Source of the DNA: Pyrinomonadaceae bacterium
GTDB lineage: Bacteria > Acidobacteriota > Blastocatellia > Pyrinomonadales > Pyrinomonadaceae
Reading direction: 5' to 3'
DNA: 64,000 bases
Assembly (NCBI GenBank): GCA_046313635.1
Contig: JBKBYA010000002.1
Coordinates: forward strand, 497,904-561,903
In this document: positions 22,386-31,769 of the stretch, one piece after another
Position numbering within the stretch: position 1 is the stretch's first letter
Layout: every line of letters begins with the position of its first letter
Notes under the pieces: model-generated
What the model saw: only the letters and a program-made list of their open reading frames with translations
Told to the model about the DNA's origin: nothing
The model's database searches: none
Made by a program: the position numbers and the translations under genes

Positions 22386-25025
22386 TCAGCGACCGGCAGA
22401 CGGTGACACGTCGCCTGTACGGGCCGGCCCGTCAAGGCACTCGCGCACCTTTGTCGCGAGGTCGGAGAGCGTAAAGGGCTTTGCGATGAAATTCGAGTTG
22501 GCGGCCACGCCGTCGCGTGCGACAAAGTCGTCGGTGTAGCCCGACATAAAGAGCACTTTCATGCCCGGCCGGGTCTCGGACAAACGTGCTGCCAATTCCC
22601 TTCCCGACATCCGCGGCATCACCATGTCTGTAAGGAGCAGATCGAAATGCCGCCCTGTGCCTTCAAACATCTCCAGCGCCTGCACGCCGTCGCTTGCCTG
22701 GACGACCTCGTACCCGCAGCTCCTCAGCAGCTCCGCCGTAAAGTCGCGTACCAGATCTTCGTCCTCGACCAGCAGGATGGTCTCGCTGCCGACACCGACC
22801 GACTCCGGCTTGCTCGGACTCTCGGGCGCGGGCTCGGGGCCGGCGACGCGCGGCAGATAGATGTCAAAGGTGGTGCCGACGCCCTCGACGCTCTTGCACC
22901 AGATGTAGCCGCCCGACTGCTTGACGATGCCGTAAACCGTGGCGAGGCCGAGGCCGGTACCCTTGCCCAGATCCTTTGTCGTAAAGAAGGGCTCGAAGAT
23001 GTGCTTCTGGGTCTCTTCAGGCATTCCTGTGCCGGTATCGCTGACCGACAGCAGCGCGTAGCGTCCCGCGACACTGCCGAGATGCCGCTCGACAAAGTTC
23101 TCGTCGAGATCCGCATTTCGCGTCTGTATCAGCAGTTGACCGCCGGCGGGCATAGCGTCGCGGGCGTTGACCGCCAGATTCATGATCACCTGCGTCAGCT
23201 GACTCGGGTCGGCCTCGACGAAGCCTGCGTCCTCGGCAAGGTCGAGCTCGAGTGAGATGTTCTCGCCGATGAGACGTTCGAGCAGGACGCGGACCTCCTC
23301 GACCGGATCGTTGATGTTCATCACCTGCGGCTGCAATACCTGCCGCCGGCTAAAGGCGAGCATCTGATGGGTGAGCGCGGCCGAGCGCTCGCCCGCCTTC
23401 TTGATCGCCTCGATATTTCGACGCAGCGGATCGTCGGGGGCAAGACGCCGGAGCGTCAATTCGCTATAGCCGTTGATGGTTGTGAGCATATTGTTGAAGT
23501 CGTGGGCGATGCCGCCCGCAAGACGGCCGACCGATTCGAGCTTTTGCGCCTGGCGGAGCTGCTCGCCCTTTGTGATCATTTGCTCGATCAGATCGACATT
23601 TTCGACGGCGTTCGCGAGCAGAGACGCGGCCAGCCGCATCGCGGACGCATGCTCCTGCGTATATGCGCCCGGCTCGTAGCTCTGCACCTCGATGGTCCCG
23701 ATCACTCGCCCCATGATCGCCATTGGTGCGATGATCGCCGATCGAGGCACTCTCGGGTCGGCGTCAAACCCGTAACAGATCTTTTCGGGCCGGTCCTCGA
23801 TCAGCTCGAGATAGTCGTTGACGATGGCCGTTTCGCCGGTCGCGATGGCTCTGCCGACGGGCCCGTCGCTGACCGGCACGATGCCGAGCTCCTCGGGCGG
23901 CAGCGTCTGGCCGCTATACCACAGATACATCCCGGATCGCTGCTGCGCCTGCGCGTCGTAGCGCGAGATAAAAAGTGCCGAGCACGGGACGGAGGAGACC
24001 GTGAACTGCAGCACCGCGTCGCAGATCGAGCCGATATCGTGAGCTCCGGCAAGCGACTGCCCGAGGGCGCCGAGCCGGTCGAGCAGTACCACGTACTCGT
24101 CGATCGCGCGTCGATTGGCCTCGGCGAGTTGGGCCCGAGCACGCGCCTGTTCGGTATTGTCACGCGCGATCCCGATCAGACCGACGAGCCTGCCCTCGCT
24201 ATCGACCAGCGGCGAGGCCTGCAGGTACGCCGGAAAAGTGTCGCCGTCCTTTCGCTTTGACACGATCTCGCCGTACCAGCTCTGCCGGTTCCTGAGCTGC
24301 CTTACGACCTCTTCGGCCGCGGGCAGCGAGCCGTCGTCCGGGACGACGTCCAGAATGTTGCGGCCGATGACCTCGACACGCTCCCAGCCGTAGAGCCTCG
24401 ATGCGAATTTGTTCCAGTAGGTGATGCGACCTTCGCGATCGGTCGCGAAGACTGCCTGCTCGACCGTGTCGAGCAAAAAGGCTTGAAAGGCCGCCTCCTC
24501 TTCGGTTCGGCGCTGCTTGTCTGTGAGCCGCTCGATGAGTTTGTCGCGATCGGCCGCATCGTGTTGCCGCCGGGGCTCTTCGACAGAGCGGCCGTAATGT
24601 ACGCGGACTCCCAGATCGTGTTGGGCCCGTGCCGCCGCCTCCGCCGGACGCAGCCCCGTGCGGAGGCTGTCCTCGGTAGGCCGATCTGCCCGGCGACGCT
24701 CGATGGCGCGGGTGACATTAACGACGAAAGCCAACGCGGCAGCCCGGTCTCGGTCGAGATGACGAGCTTCGGTGCCCGCGGCCAACAGGCTGCCGAGCTC
24801 GACGAGAGCGGCCAGGTCCGGGCGCATCTTTCCAGGCCAGACGGCAGCGGCATCCGCGTCCGCGTGAATGATCAGGTCGGGCCCCTCACCGCCGGTCACA
24901 TCTGCGAGATCGTAGAGACCGGCGCTAACGTCGACGCGAAAACCCGCGTCGCCAAGCACTTTGGCGATCGTCGTGAGGCTCCCGGCATCTCGGCCGATCA
25001 ATAGAACGCTGTAGCTTTCGTTCAT
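22386..25025 (-). CDS. Hybrid sensor histidine kinase (PAS-GAF-HisKA-HATPase-REC)
   Basis: PAS (ITYWNK), [35 protein letters not shown]-terminal REC. Confidence 0.92.
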   Translation of the reverse strand: MNESYSVLLIGRDAGSLTTIAKVLGDAGFRVDVSAGLYDLADVTGGEGPDLIIHADADAAAVWPGKMRPDLAALVELGSLLAAGTEARHLDRDRAAALAFVVNVTRAIERRRADRPTEDSLRTGLRPAEAAARAQHDLGVRVHYGRSVEEPRRQHDAADRDKLIERLTDKQRRTEEEAAFQAFLLDTVEQAVFATDREGRITYWNKFASRLYGWERVEVIGRNILDVVPDDGSLPAAEEVVRQLRNRQSWYGEIVSKRKDGDTFPAYLQASPLVDSEGRLVGLIGIARDNTEQARARAQLAEANRRAIDEYVVLLDRLGALGQSLAGAHDIGSICDAVLQFTVSSVPCSALFISRYDAQAQQRSGMYLWYSGQTLPPEELGIVPVSDGPVGRAIATGETAIVNDYLELIEDRPEKICYGFDADPRVPRSAIIAPMAIMGRVIGTIEVQSYEPGAYTQEHASAMRLAASLLANAVENVDLIEQMITKGEQLRQAQKLESVGRLAGGIAHDFNNMLTTINGYSELTLRRLAPDDPLRRNIEAIKKAGERSAALTHQMLAFSRRQVLQPQVMNINDPVEEVRVLLERLIGENISLELDLAEDAGFVEADPSQLTQVIMNLAVNARDAMPAGGQLLIQTRNADLDENFVERHLGSVAGRYALLSVSDTGTGMPEETQKHIFEPFFTTKDLGKGTGLGLATVYGIVKQSGGYIWCKSVEGVGTTFDIYLPRVAGPEPAPESPSKPESVGVGSETILLVEDEDLVRDFTAELLRSCGYEVVQASDGVQALEMFEGTGRHFDLLLTDMVMPRMSGRELAARLSETRPGMKVLFMSGYTDDFVARDGVAANSNFIAKPFTLSDLATKVRECLDGPARTGDVSPSAGR

Positions 25026-25061
25026 AACAGGGTGGACTGTGATCGGTCGCGCTTTCAGCTG

Positions 25062-26102
25062 TTAAGTAAGCATTCCCGCTAGTTCCTGTGTGGTCACGTC
25101 GGTCCTGATCATACTATCGACCCAGGCGAGGCATGCAGTCAACGCGGCGATCTCCGGATCGAGGCTCTTGCCCGCCTCGCCGCGAATGCGCGTCTGCGCC
25201 AAAAGCTCGTCGCCCGGCTCGCCAAATTCGCTCGAGTGCAGAAACTCGTCATAGAGATCGGCAACGGCGATGATGCGTGCGTGCAGCGGGATCTGTTGTC
25301 CCGATAGTCGCTGTGGGCCGCCCTGACCGTCAAACCGCTCATAAACGCTCGCGACGGCCTCCGCCGCTTCGGCGAGTGCGCTCTCGGACGGCCCAAAGAC
25401 CTTGAGCATCGCTTCAGCAGCCTCCCGCTCGGTCTTATTCGCCCGCCATGGCTCTCGCCGCCTGAGAGCCGCTCCGGTCTCCGGCGGGAGAAAGATCTCC
25501 AGCATCTCGTGAAGACGTGCCGCGAGGACGAGCCGCTCGATCTCCTCCGCCTCGAGCTCGAGCTGAGATCCGAGCGCCTGCGCATACAGCCCGACACGAG
25601 AGGCGTGAGCCGAACGTCCAGGGCTCCGCAGGTCGAGAAGGCTTGTTGCGAGAGCCACAAAGGCGTCGACCGCCGCCTTTGACCGGGCTGCGAGACGCAG
25701 ATTCTCGCGAGCGGCGAGGTGCTGTGCCCTGTTTGCCTCAAAGTGCTCGAGCGCACGCGAGATCGTGAACTTGAGATCCTCATTTACCCATGGCTTTGTG
25801 ACGTACTTGTAAACCACGCCCGAGTTGATCGCCTCGACGAGCGTCGCCGCGTCGGTGTAGCCGGTGAGGATCATCCTGACGGTCTGGGGCCGCAGCTCGG
25901 CGGCCTTCATCAAGAATTCGATCCCGGTCATCCCCGGCATTCGCTGGTCCGAGAGTATGACGGCAAAGTCGTGCTTCTGGAGCAGAGCGATCGCCTCGAG
26001 GCCGCTCGTCGCCGTGGTGACCGAATGGTCGTCTCTGAAGAGACGTTCGAGAGCTCTCAGATTTGCGGGCTCGTCGTCGACGAGCAGGAGTTTGTGTTTC
26101 AT
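25062..26102 (-). CDS. Response regulator with degenerate HD-GYP domain
   Basis: REC (LVDDE, SDQRMP, TKPW); HD replaced by HE, HHExxDGxGYP replaced by VYERFDGQGGP. Confidence 0.85.
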   Translation of the reverse strand: MKHKLLLVDDEPANLRALERLFRDDHSVTTATSGLEAIALLQKHDFAVILSDQRMPGMTGIEFLMKAAELRPQTVRMILTGYTDAATLVEAINSGVVYKYVTKPWVNEDLKFTISRALEHFEANRAQHLAARENLRLAARSKAAVDAFVALATSLLDLRSPGRSAHASRVGLYAQALGSQLELEAEEIERLVLAARLHEMLEIFLPPETGAALRRREPWRANKTEREAAEAMLKVFGPSESALAEAAEAVASVYERFDGQGGPQRLSGQQIPLHARIIAVADLYDEFLHSSEFGEPGDELLAQTRIRGEAGKSLDPEIAALTACLAWVDSMIRTDVTTQELAGMLT

Positions 26103-27436
26103 AAGCTTGTGGTGTTCACCCTATCGTGGTGGTCGTCAAAGGCCTCGCCGCGGACTTCCGGGTCCAGGGGACAGCGGTCGATCGGCAGCGTGACGGTAAA
26201 GGTCGTTCCCAGGCCCGGCGTCGAACGCACGTCGATCGTGCCGCCGTGCCGCTGTACGATGCCGAAAGAGATCGACAGGCCGAGGCCGGTGCCCTCGCCG
26301 ACCGGCTTTGTCGTAAAGAAGGGATCGAATACGCTGCCGAGATGCTCGGCCGCGATGCCCTCTCCGGTGTCGCGTATTTCGACGACGATCTCGCCGCCTT
26401 TCTGCCGTGTTGTGATGACGACCTCGCCCGGATCGCCGCCGAGAGCCTCGGCCGCATTCGAGAGCAGATTCATCCAGAGCTGATTCAACTGGCCCGGGAA
26501 GGCCTCGATCTCGGGGATCTCGCCAAAGTCGCGGGTCAGCTTGACGTTTGCCTGACTGAAGTATTTTGAAAGCACGCGGATCGTCGAGTCGATGCCGTCA
26601 TGGATGCTCGTCCGCTTTGGCTCGCCCTCATCGAGCCGCGTAAAGAGCCGCAGGTTATGGACGACGTCCCTGATCCGCACGGCTCCCTCGCGGCAGTCGG
26701 CGACAAGCTCGCCGACCTCGTCCAGCATTTGAGCTGACCGCTGGGTCTCGGACGGCGTGCATTTAAGAAGCTCGGCGCGCAGCTTTTCGAGCATTGTCGT
26801 GAGGATCTCGAGATTTGAGTGGATAAAGCCGACCGGATTGTTAAGCTCGTGCGCGATGCCGGCCGTCAGCTGGCCGAGCGACGCCATCTTTTCGTTATGG
26901 ACGATCTGTGCCTGCAGACGCCGCAGCTTGGCGTTTGCCTCGACGAGCTCCTCATTTCTCTGACGCAGTTCGAGCCGGTCGCGCTCTGCGCCGATCTTGA
27001 GATCGCGCTGCTTGATCGCGCGCTCGACGACGAGCTGCAGCACGTCGGGGCCGCACGGCTTGATCAGGTAATCGAACGCCCCGAGCCGCATCGCATCGAT
27101 CGCGCGCTGTGAGCGGTCGATGCCGGTCACGACGATCACGGCCGTGTCAGGATAAAGATCGACGACCTTGCGCAGCAGCTCGATGCCCGAGAGGCCGGGC
27201 ATCATCACGTCTGTGACCACGACGGAGAACTTTCGCTGCCGCAGCTCGTCGAGGGCTTCTGTAACGTTTGCCGCCGCGACACACTCGTAGCGGTTGCGGA
27301 GACATTCGACGAACAAATGCCGCAGCGACTCGACGTCGTCAACTATCAAGACGGAGTCGCGGGACGGCTCGACGTCCGATCCGACCTCGGTCGGAGCGTC
27401 GGGGACAGTCAGGTATCGAGTTTCAATTTCTTGCAT
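26099..27436 (-). CDS. REC-domain histidine kinase
   Basis: REC, AGIAHELNNP, NLLSNA, FFTTKPVGEGTGLGL. Confidence 0.92.
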   Translation of the reverse strand: MQEIETRYLTVPDAPTEVGSDVEPSRDSVLIVDDVESLRHLFVECLRNRYECVAAANVTEALDELRQRKFSVVVTDVMMPGLSGIELLRKVVDLYPDTAVIVVTGIDRSQRAIDAMRLGAFDYLIKPCGPDVLQLVVERAIKQRDLKIGAERDRLELRQRNEELVEANAKLRRLQAQIVHNEKMASLGQLTAGIAHELNNPVGFIHSNLEILTTMLEKLRAELLKCTPSETQRSAQMLDEVGELVADCREGAVRIRDVVHNLRLFTRLDEGEPKRTSIHDGIDSTIRVLSKYFSQANVKLTRDFGEIPEIEAFPGQLNQLWMNLLSNAAEALGGDPGEVVITTRQKGGEIVVEIRDTGEGIAAEHLGSVFDPFFTTKPVGEGTGLGLSISFGIVQRHGGTIDVRSTPGLGTTFTVTLPIDRCPLDPEVRGEAFDDHHDRVNTTSL

Positions 27437-27942
27437 CGAGGTCGTCGGCTGTTGGGGCCCGATAGTGAATGCGCGCGTCGGCCGCGAGCGCCTCTTCGAA
27501 CGTGCATGGCGGGCTCGTGAGTTTGGAGGTCAGCTTCATGTAGTGCAGACGCGCCGGCCGGCTGGGAAACTAACATGCCGTGTCAAGAGATCGATCGAGC
27601 CTGCGGGCAGTTTGGGGTCACCGAATCCGGGGCCAAATCCCCGTCCGGTCCGCGGCCGTGACGGCCGAACGGGCCGGTACGGGAGGCGAATATTCATCGG
27701 CGGCCCCATATCGCAGCGGAAGATAAAGGGCTGCCGCACCAGAGAGAGGTTGCAATGGATGTTCCAACGGCAGACAGCGCCGCCGGCTGCCGAAAGCCCA
27801 ATTAATACGGCATCGCGCGTAGGCTCGTGAGGCGTGCGGAGCCGCTATGCTGCCGGGCATTTTGGACAGTGAAGAAAATTGGGTGGGAATTGTGCCGCAT
27901 GAATCTTGATCGCAGGTTCCCGCTCGACGCGGCGGAGCGTCT

Positions 27943-30903
27943 CTATCGGGATTCGGTATCCAGATAAAAAGTCTCGTCGGCAGGCCGCAAAGGCCTCGCC
28001 AGCCAGAGCGGGCGGCGCAGGCCGCCGGGGCCGGGAGCGGGGCGCGTCATCGCGAGCCATTGTTTGTAGATCTCGAAGGACCGATTCGTGTCGACAAAAA
28101 CGTCGCCGTACTCGTCGCCCGGATGTGCTCGCTCGACTGTGACCTTCTGGTGCCAGCAGTGCATTCCGGAGATCGGGTCGGGATGAACCGGGAAAGTGAT
28201 GTTCTGATGGACGCCGCCGTCGGTCCAGAAGATGCGCGACGTATCAGGGTCGGCGCTCTTGAATGCGCCGATGCCCTCGACAACTCGCATCTTCCATTTG
28301 CCGGGCTCGACCTGGTCGATCGCGACCTGGTTGGTCGACCAGCGATTGTTCTTCGCATCCTGAGCGCGGCGCCAGCGGCCGATGTGATGCGAGCACGCGA
28401 CAACGCTCGGCCGCATTCCTTCTGTCACCCATGCTCGATTGACGAAGTAGCCGATCTCGGTCGTGACGCGGACGAGATCGCCCGTCTTGATGCCCCAGCG
28501 TTCCGCGTCGCTCGTGTGCATCCAGAGCGGGTTGCGGTTTGAGATCTCGGCGAGCCATTTGGCCTGGCCAGAGCGCGTGTGAATGAGCGTCGGCAGTCGG
28601 AATGTGGGCACGAGCACGACCTCGTTCTCGGCGAAGTTGTCGGGGTGAATGTGGCTCTTGATGTACGTCGGCAAAGCGTATTCCGGCCAGCCCCATTCGG
28701 CCGTCGTGCTCGAATAAAGCTCCTGCCGCTTGGACGGCGTGTTAAATCCGACACGTGCCTTGCCGTCAACGATCGCGGCGATCGTCTTGCCGTTCTTTCG
28801 CACCTCTGCGCGCTCCGCGTCGATCTCGGCCTCGGCGAGCGCCTGCTCGGGCGCAAGGTCGAGATGCTTATTCGTGACCGTCGCCTCGACCTCGAAGGCG
28901 CCGTACTTGCGCATATATTCGAGCGGCGTCAGTCCCTCTTTTGCGGCCGCCTCGGGCAGACCTTTCGTATTCTCGAAAATGTACCGGTAGTACTCGTCGA
29001 TCGTTATCTTTTCGCCCGGCCGGTAAGGCGAGATGAAATGCTTGCGGATGCCGAGCTCGCCGTCGAGGTCGATCCGCCATGAGAGCTCGAACCAGAATTC
29101 GTCCTCTTCCCACACCTCGCCCGGATTTGCCTGGTACGTGAATTCGACTTCCCTGCCCATCCGCCGCGCGGCCTCGCGGAGCACCGGCTGGCGAAACGAG
29201 ATCCACATTCCGGTATGCGTCTCGTAGCTCGTCAGGTCGTGCCGCTCGCTCGCGTGGCCCATCGGCAGGACGTAGTCGGCGAAGTACGCTGTCTCGTTCC
29301 ACGTCGGCGTGAGCGCGACGTGCAGGCCGATCTTGCTCTCGTCGCTCAAGGCCTCGATCCACGAGAATCCGTCGGGATACGTCCAGACCGGGTTAAAGAC
29401 GCGGGTGAAATACGCCGACAATTTGCCGCGGCCTTCCTTCAAAAAGTGCGGCAGCAGGAAGCTCATCTCGTAATGCGAGAGCGGGTACTCGTTGGGAAAA
29501 TGCAGCTCGTTCCAAAACTTTTGCGCCGGCGGCGTCGCGTAGCTCGCGGGCTTGAACTTGTTCCACGCGCTCGGGAGCGTGCCGCCCTCGGTGCCGACGG
29601 CTCCGACGAGCACGCTCAAAAAGTGCAGGCATCGCGCGACGGCCCAGCCGCCTAAGTTTCCGCTGCCGGCCGAGCGCCAATTGTGCGCCGAGAAACGCGT
29701 CCCCGCGCGGCCGATCTGCCGCGCGACCTCGACGATCGTCTCGGCGGGGACGCCGCTTTCCGCTTCGGCAAATTCGGGCGTGTATTCTGAGTAGAACTGC
29801 TCGAGCTCGAAGAGGAAATCTTCAAACAAAGGAGCGCGGACGCCCTCGTCCGCAATGGCCGCAGCGCGGCCAGAGACGGCGGCGTCAAAACGACTGCGAG
29901 CGACGGAGCGTCGCTCGTTGCGGACGAGGGCGTCCGCGTTCCGTTTTCGCAGCGCCTCCAGCGAATCCTGCCAGTTGACCCAGTCGCGGAGAAACTTTTC
30001 GTTGTAGAGCTTTTCGCGAATGATCACATTCGCCATCGCAAGCAGCACCGCGGCCTCGCTGCCGGGATAGCTCGCCATCCAGTAGTCGGCCATCGAGGCG
30101 GTGTTGGAAAGCCGCGTGTCCATCACGGCGAGCTTGGCTCCGTTCATCATTCCCTCGATGATGCGCTGGGCGTGCGGGTTGAAGTAGTGCCCCGACTCAA
30201 GATGCGCCGAGATCAAAAGGATGAACTGCGCATTCGCATGATCCGGCGAAGGCCGGTCGTAGCCCTGCCAGATCGCGTAGCCGAACCGCGCGCCGGCCGA
30301 GCATATATTCGTGTGGGAATTGTGGCCGTCGACGCCCCATGCCTGCAGTATGCGATCGATAAAACCCTCGTGCCCCGGACGGCCGACGTGATAGACAACC
30401 TCGCTGCGGCGATCGTCTTTTAACGCTTCGCGGATCTTGCCGGCGATATCGTCGAGTACCTCGTCCCACGAGACGCGTTCCCACTCGCCCGAGCCGCGCG
30501 GGCCTTTTCGTTTTAACGGATAGAGAATGCGGTCGACGTCGTTGATCTGATTGATCGTCGCGGGCCCTTTGGCACAGTTGCGGCCGCGGCTGCCGGGATG
30601 ATACGGATTGCCCTCGAACTTGCGCACCTTCTGGCTTTGCTTGTCGACGTATGCGAGCAGCCCGCAGCCCGCCTCGCAGTTGAAGCACGTCGTCGGAACG
30701 ATCTGATATTCACGCTTCTCGCGCCGCAGCCCGCTGGTCGCCTCGTACTCGACCCAATCGTCCCACCTCTCCGGCGGCGGATAATCGGTCAGCTTCCCCG
30801 GCTCCGTTATCGGAGGCAGATCGTCATCGTTTGGCGCGTGAAGGTTCGGTATGAGGTGAAGCGTCTCGGCGAGGCGTTCGATGAACGAGGGTTTGTGCGA
30901 CAT
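27943..30903 (-). CDS. Molybdopterin (bis-MGD) oxidoreductase catalytic subunit
   Basis: CFNCEAGC...C 4Fe-4S motif, RVSWDE, ADYVLP, C-terminal MGD-binding domain; no Tat RR signal; contains in-frame REP element. Confidence 0.9.
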   Translation of the reverse strand: MSHKPSFIERLAETLHLIPNLHAPNDDDLPPITEPGKLTDYPPPERWDDWVEYEATSGLRREKREYQIVPTTCFNCEAGCGLLAYVDKQSQKVRKFEGNPYHPGSRGRNCAKGPATINQINDVDRILYPLKRKGPRGSGEWERVSWDEVLDDIAGKIREALKDDRRSEVVYHVGRPGHEGFIDRILQAWGVDGHNSHTNICSAGARFGYAIWQGYDRPSPDHANAQFILLISAHLESGHYFNPHAQRIIEGMMNGAKLAVMDTRLSNTASMADYWMASYPGSEAAVLLAMANVIIREKLYNEKFLRDWVNWQDSLEALRKRNADALVRNERRSVARSRFDAAVSGRAAAIADEGVRAPLFEDFLFELEQFYSEYTPEFAEAESGVPAETIVEVARQIGRAGTRFSAHNWRSAGSGNLGGWAVARCLHFLSVLVGAVGTEGGTLPSAWNKFKPASYATPPAQKFWNELHFPNEYPLSHYEMSFLLPHFLKEGRGKLSAYFTRVFNPVWTYPDGFSWIEALSDESKIGLHVALTPTWNETAYFADYVLPMGHASERHDLTSYETHTGMWISFRQPVLREAARRMGREVEFTYQANPGEVWEEDEFWFELSWRIDLDGELGIRKHFISPYRPGEKITIDEYYRYIFENTKGLPEAAAKEGLTPLEYMRKYGAFEVEATVTNKHLDLAPEQALAEAEIDAERAEVRKNGKTIAAIVDGKARVGFNTPSKRQELYSSTTAEWGWPEYALPTYIKSHIHPDNFAENEVVLVPTFRLPTLIHTRSGQAKWLAEISNRNPLWMHTSDAERWGIKTGDLVRVTTEIGYFVNRAWVTEGMRPSVVACSHHIGRWRRAQDAKNNRWSTNQVAIDQVEPGKWKMRVVEGIGAFKSADPDTSRIFWTDGGVHQNITFPVHPDPISGMHCWHQKVTVERAHPGDEYGDVFVDTNRSFEIYKQWLAMTRPAPGPGGLRRPLWLARPLRPADETFYLDTESR
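29831..29942. repeat. REP doublet (family A) in frame within the Mo-oxidoreductase gene
   Basis: GGAGCGCGGACGCCCTCGTCCGCA ... TGCGGACGAGGGCGTCCGCGTTCC, inverted 23/24. Confidence 0.92.
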
Positions 30904-30909
30904 GCTTTG

Positions 30910-31206
30910 TTATTTTCGCTCCGACCCAAACTCAGGATTTCGTCTGTTATGTTTAACGACCAGGACCTTGACGGATTCTTGATCGATGATCTGATACATG
31001 ATGTGATAAGAAAAACGACGAAGATTCATCCGTCTGACATCATTTCGGAGAACTGGATAGGCTTGCGGACTCTGCGAGATCACCCGTATGCAGCGGCGAA
31101 ACTCCTTATAAAAATCCGTTGCAATTCTCAAATCGGTCTCGCGGACGTAATACTCCATTATCGAGCGGATATCAGAGTAAACCTCGCGATTTAATCTGAC
31201 ACGCAT
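30910..31206 (-). CDS. RelE/ParE family toxin
   Basis: 98 aa basic protein, RRMNLRRFSYHIMY...VLVVKHNRRNP pattern; overlaps the antitoxin stop. Confidence 0.85.
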   Translation of the reverse strand: MRVRLNREVYSDIRSIMEYYVRETDLRIATDFYKEFRRCIRVISQSPQAYPVLRNDVRRMNLRRFSYHIMYQIIDQESVKVLVVKHNRRNPEFGSERK

Positions 31207-31430
31207 TCAGGGAATTGTTTCTTGATCAGGTCGTCGAACTCTTCAGGCGATAGCGACATCTCAGGATTCTCGTCCATCTCGCGACTCCGCCTGAGCGCTT
31301 CGTCGACACCGTCGTCGTCGTCGTCGACAAAAGGCGATGGCAACGAGGCGATAAGCTTCTCTGCCAACTTCGCCCGGTCAGAGGCCGAAAGGCTGAGCGC
31401 TATTTTTTCTGCTTCTGCAATTACGGACAT
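31191..31430 (-). CDS. Addiction-module antitoxin
   Basis: ALSLSASDRAKLAEKLIASL, acidic C-terminus; AAGGAG SD. Confidence 0.85.
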   Translation of the reverse strand: MSVIAEAEKIALSLSASDRAKLAEKLIASLPSPFVDDDDDGVDEALRRSREMDENPEMSLSPEEFDDLIKKQFPECVSD

Positions 31431-31452
31431 AGAAAATCTCTCCTTCCGACGA

Positions 31453-31461
31453 ATTATATCA
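31453..31461 (-). promoter_or_regulatory. Extended -10 promoter of the TA cassette
   Basis: Minus strand TGATATAAT (TGn-TATAAT) directly at the cassette boundary. Confidence 0.7.
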
Positions 31462-31462
31462 C

Positions 31463-31649
31463 CCGTCGCTGAGCGCTCGTCGCCTCATACTCGACACAAT
31501 CGTCCAACCTCTGAGGGCGGCGGATAGTCGGTCAAATTCCCCGGCTCCCGTATCGGCGCAGTTTCATCCTCACCCGCCCCGCGAAGGTCCTGTATCAGGT
31601 GAAGAGTCTCCGCCAGCCGTTCGATGAATGAAGGTGTGTGTTTGGACAT
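31463..31649 (-). pseudogene. Dead duplicate of the Mo-oxidoreductase 5' end
   Basis: MSKHTPSFIERLAETLHLI...EPGNLTDYPPP, frameshift, LDDCVEYEATS versus intact MSHKPSFIERLAETLHLI...EPGKLTDYPPPERWDDWVEYEATS. Confidence 0.92.
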
Positions 31650-31769
31650 TAGTGGGCAGCCTGGCCATCGGCTAGCGCATTCCAAATACTTTCGCGAAGT
31701 CGCTCAATCTGCTCCTTTCTTAACTTTCCGGCTGATCGTATTGAATCGATAATGCCCATTTCTCTCTGC

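Noticed and set aside
29831..29942. Inteins or introns as the explanation of the protein insertions
   Set aside because: Too short, no C/S...HN splice residues or intron structure; bounded by DNA palindromes instead
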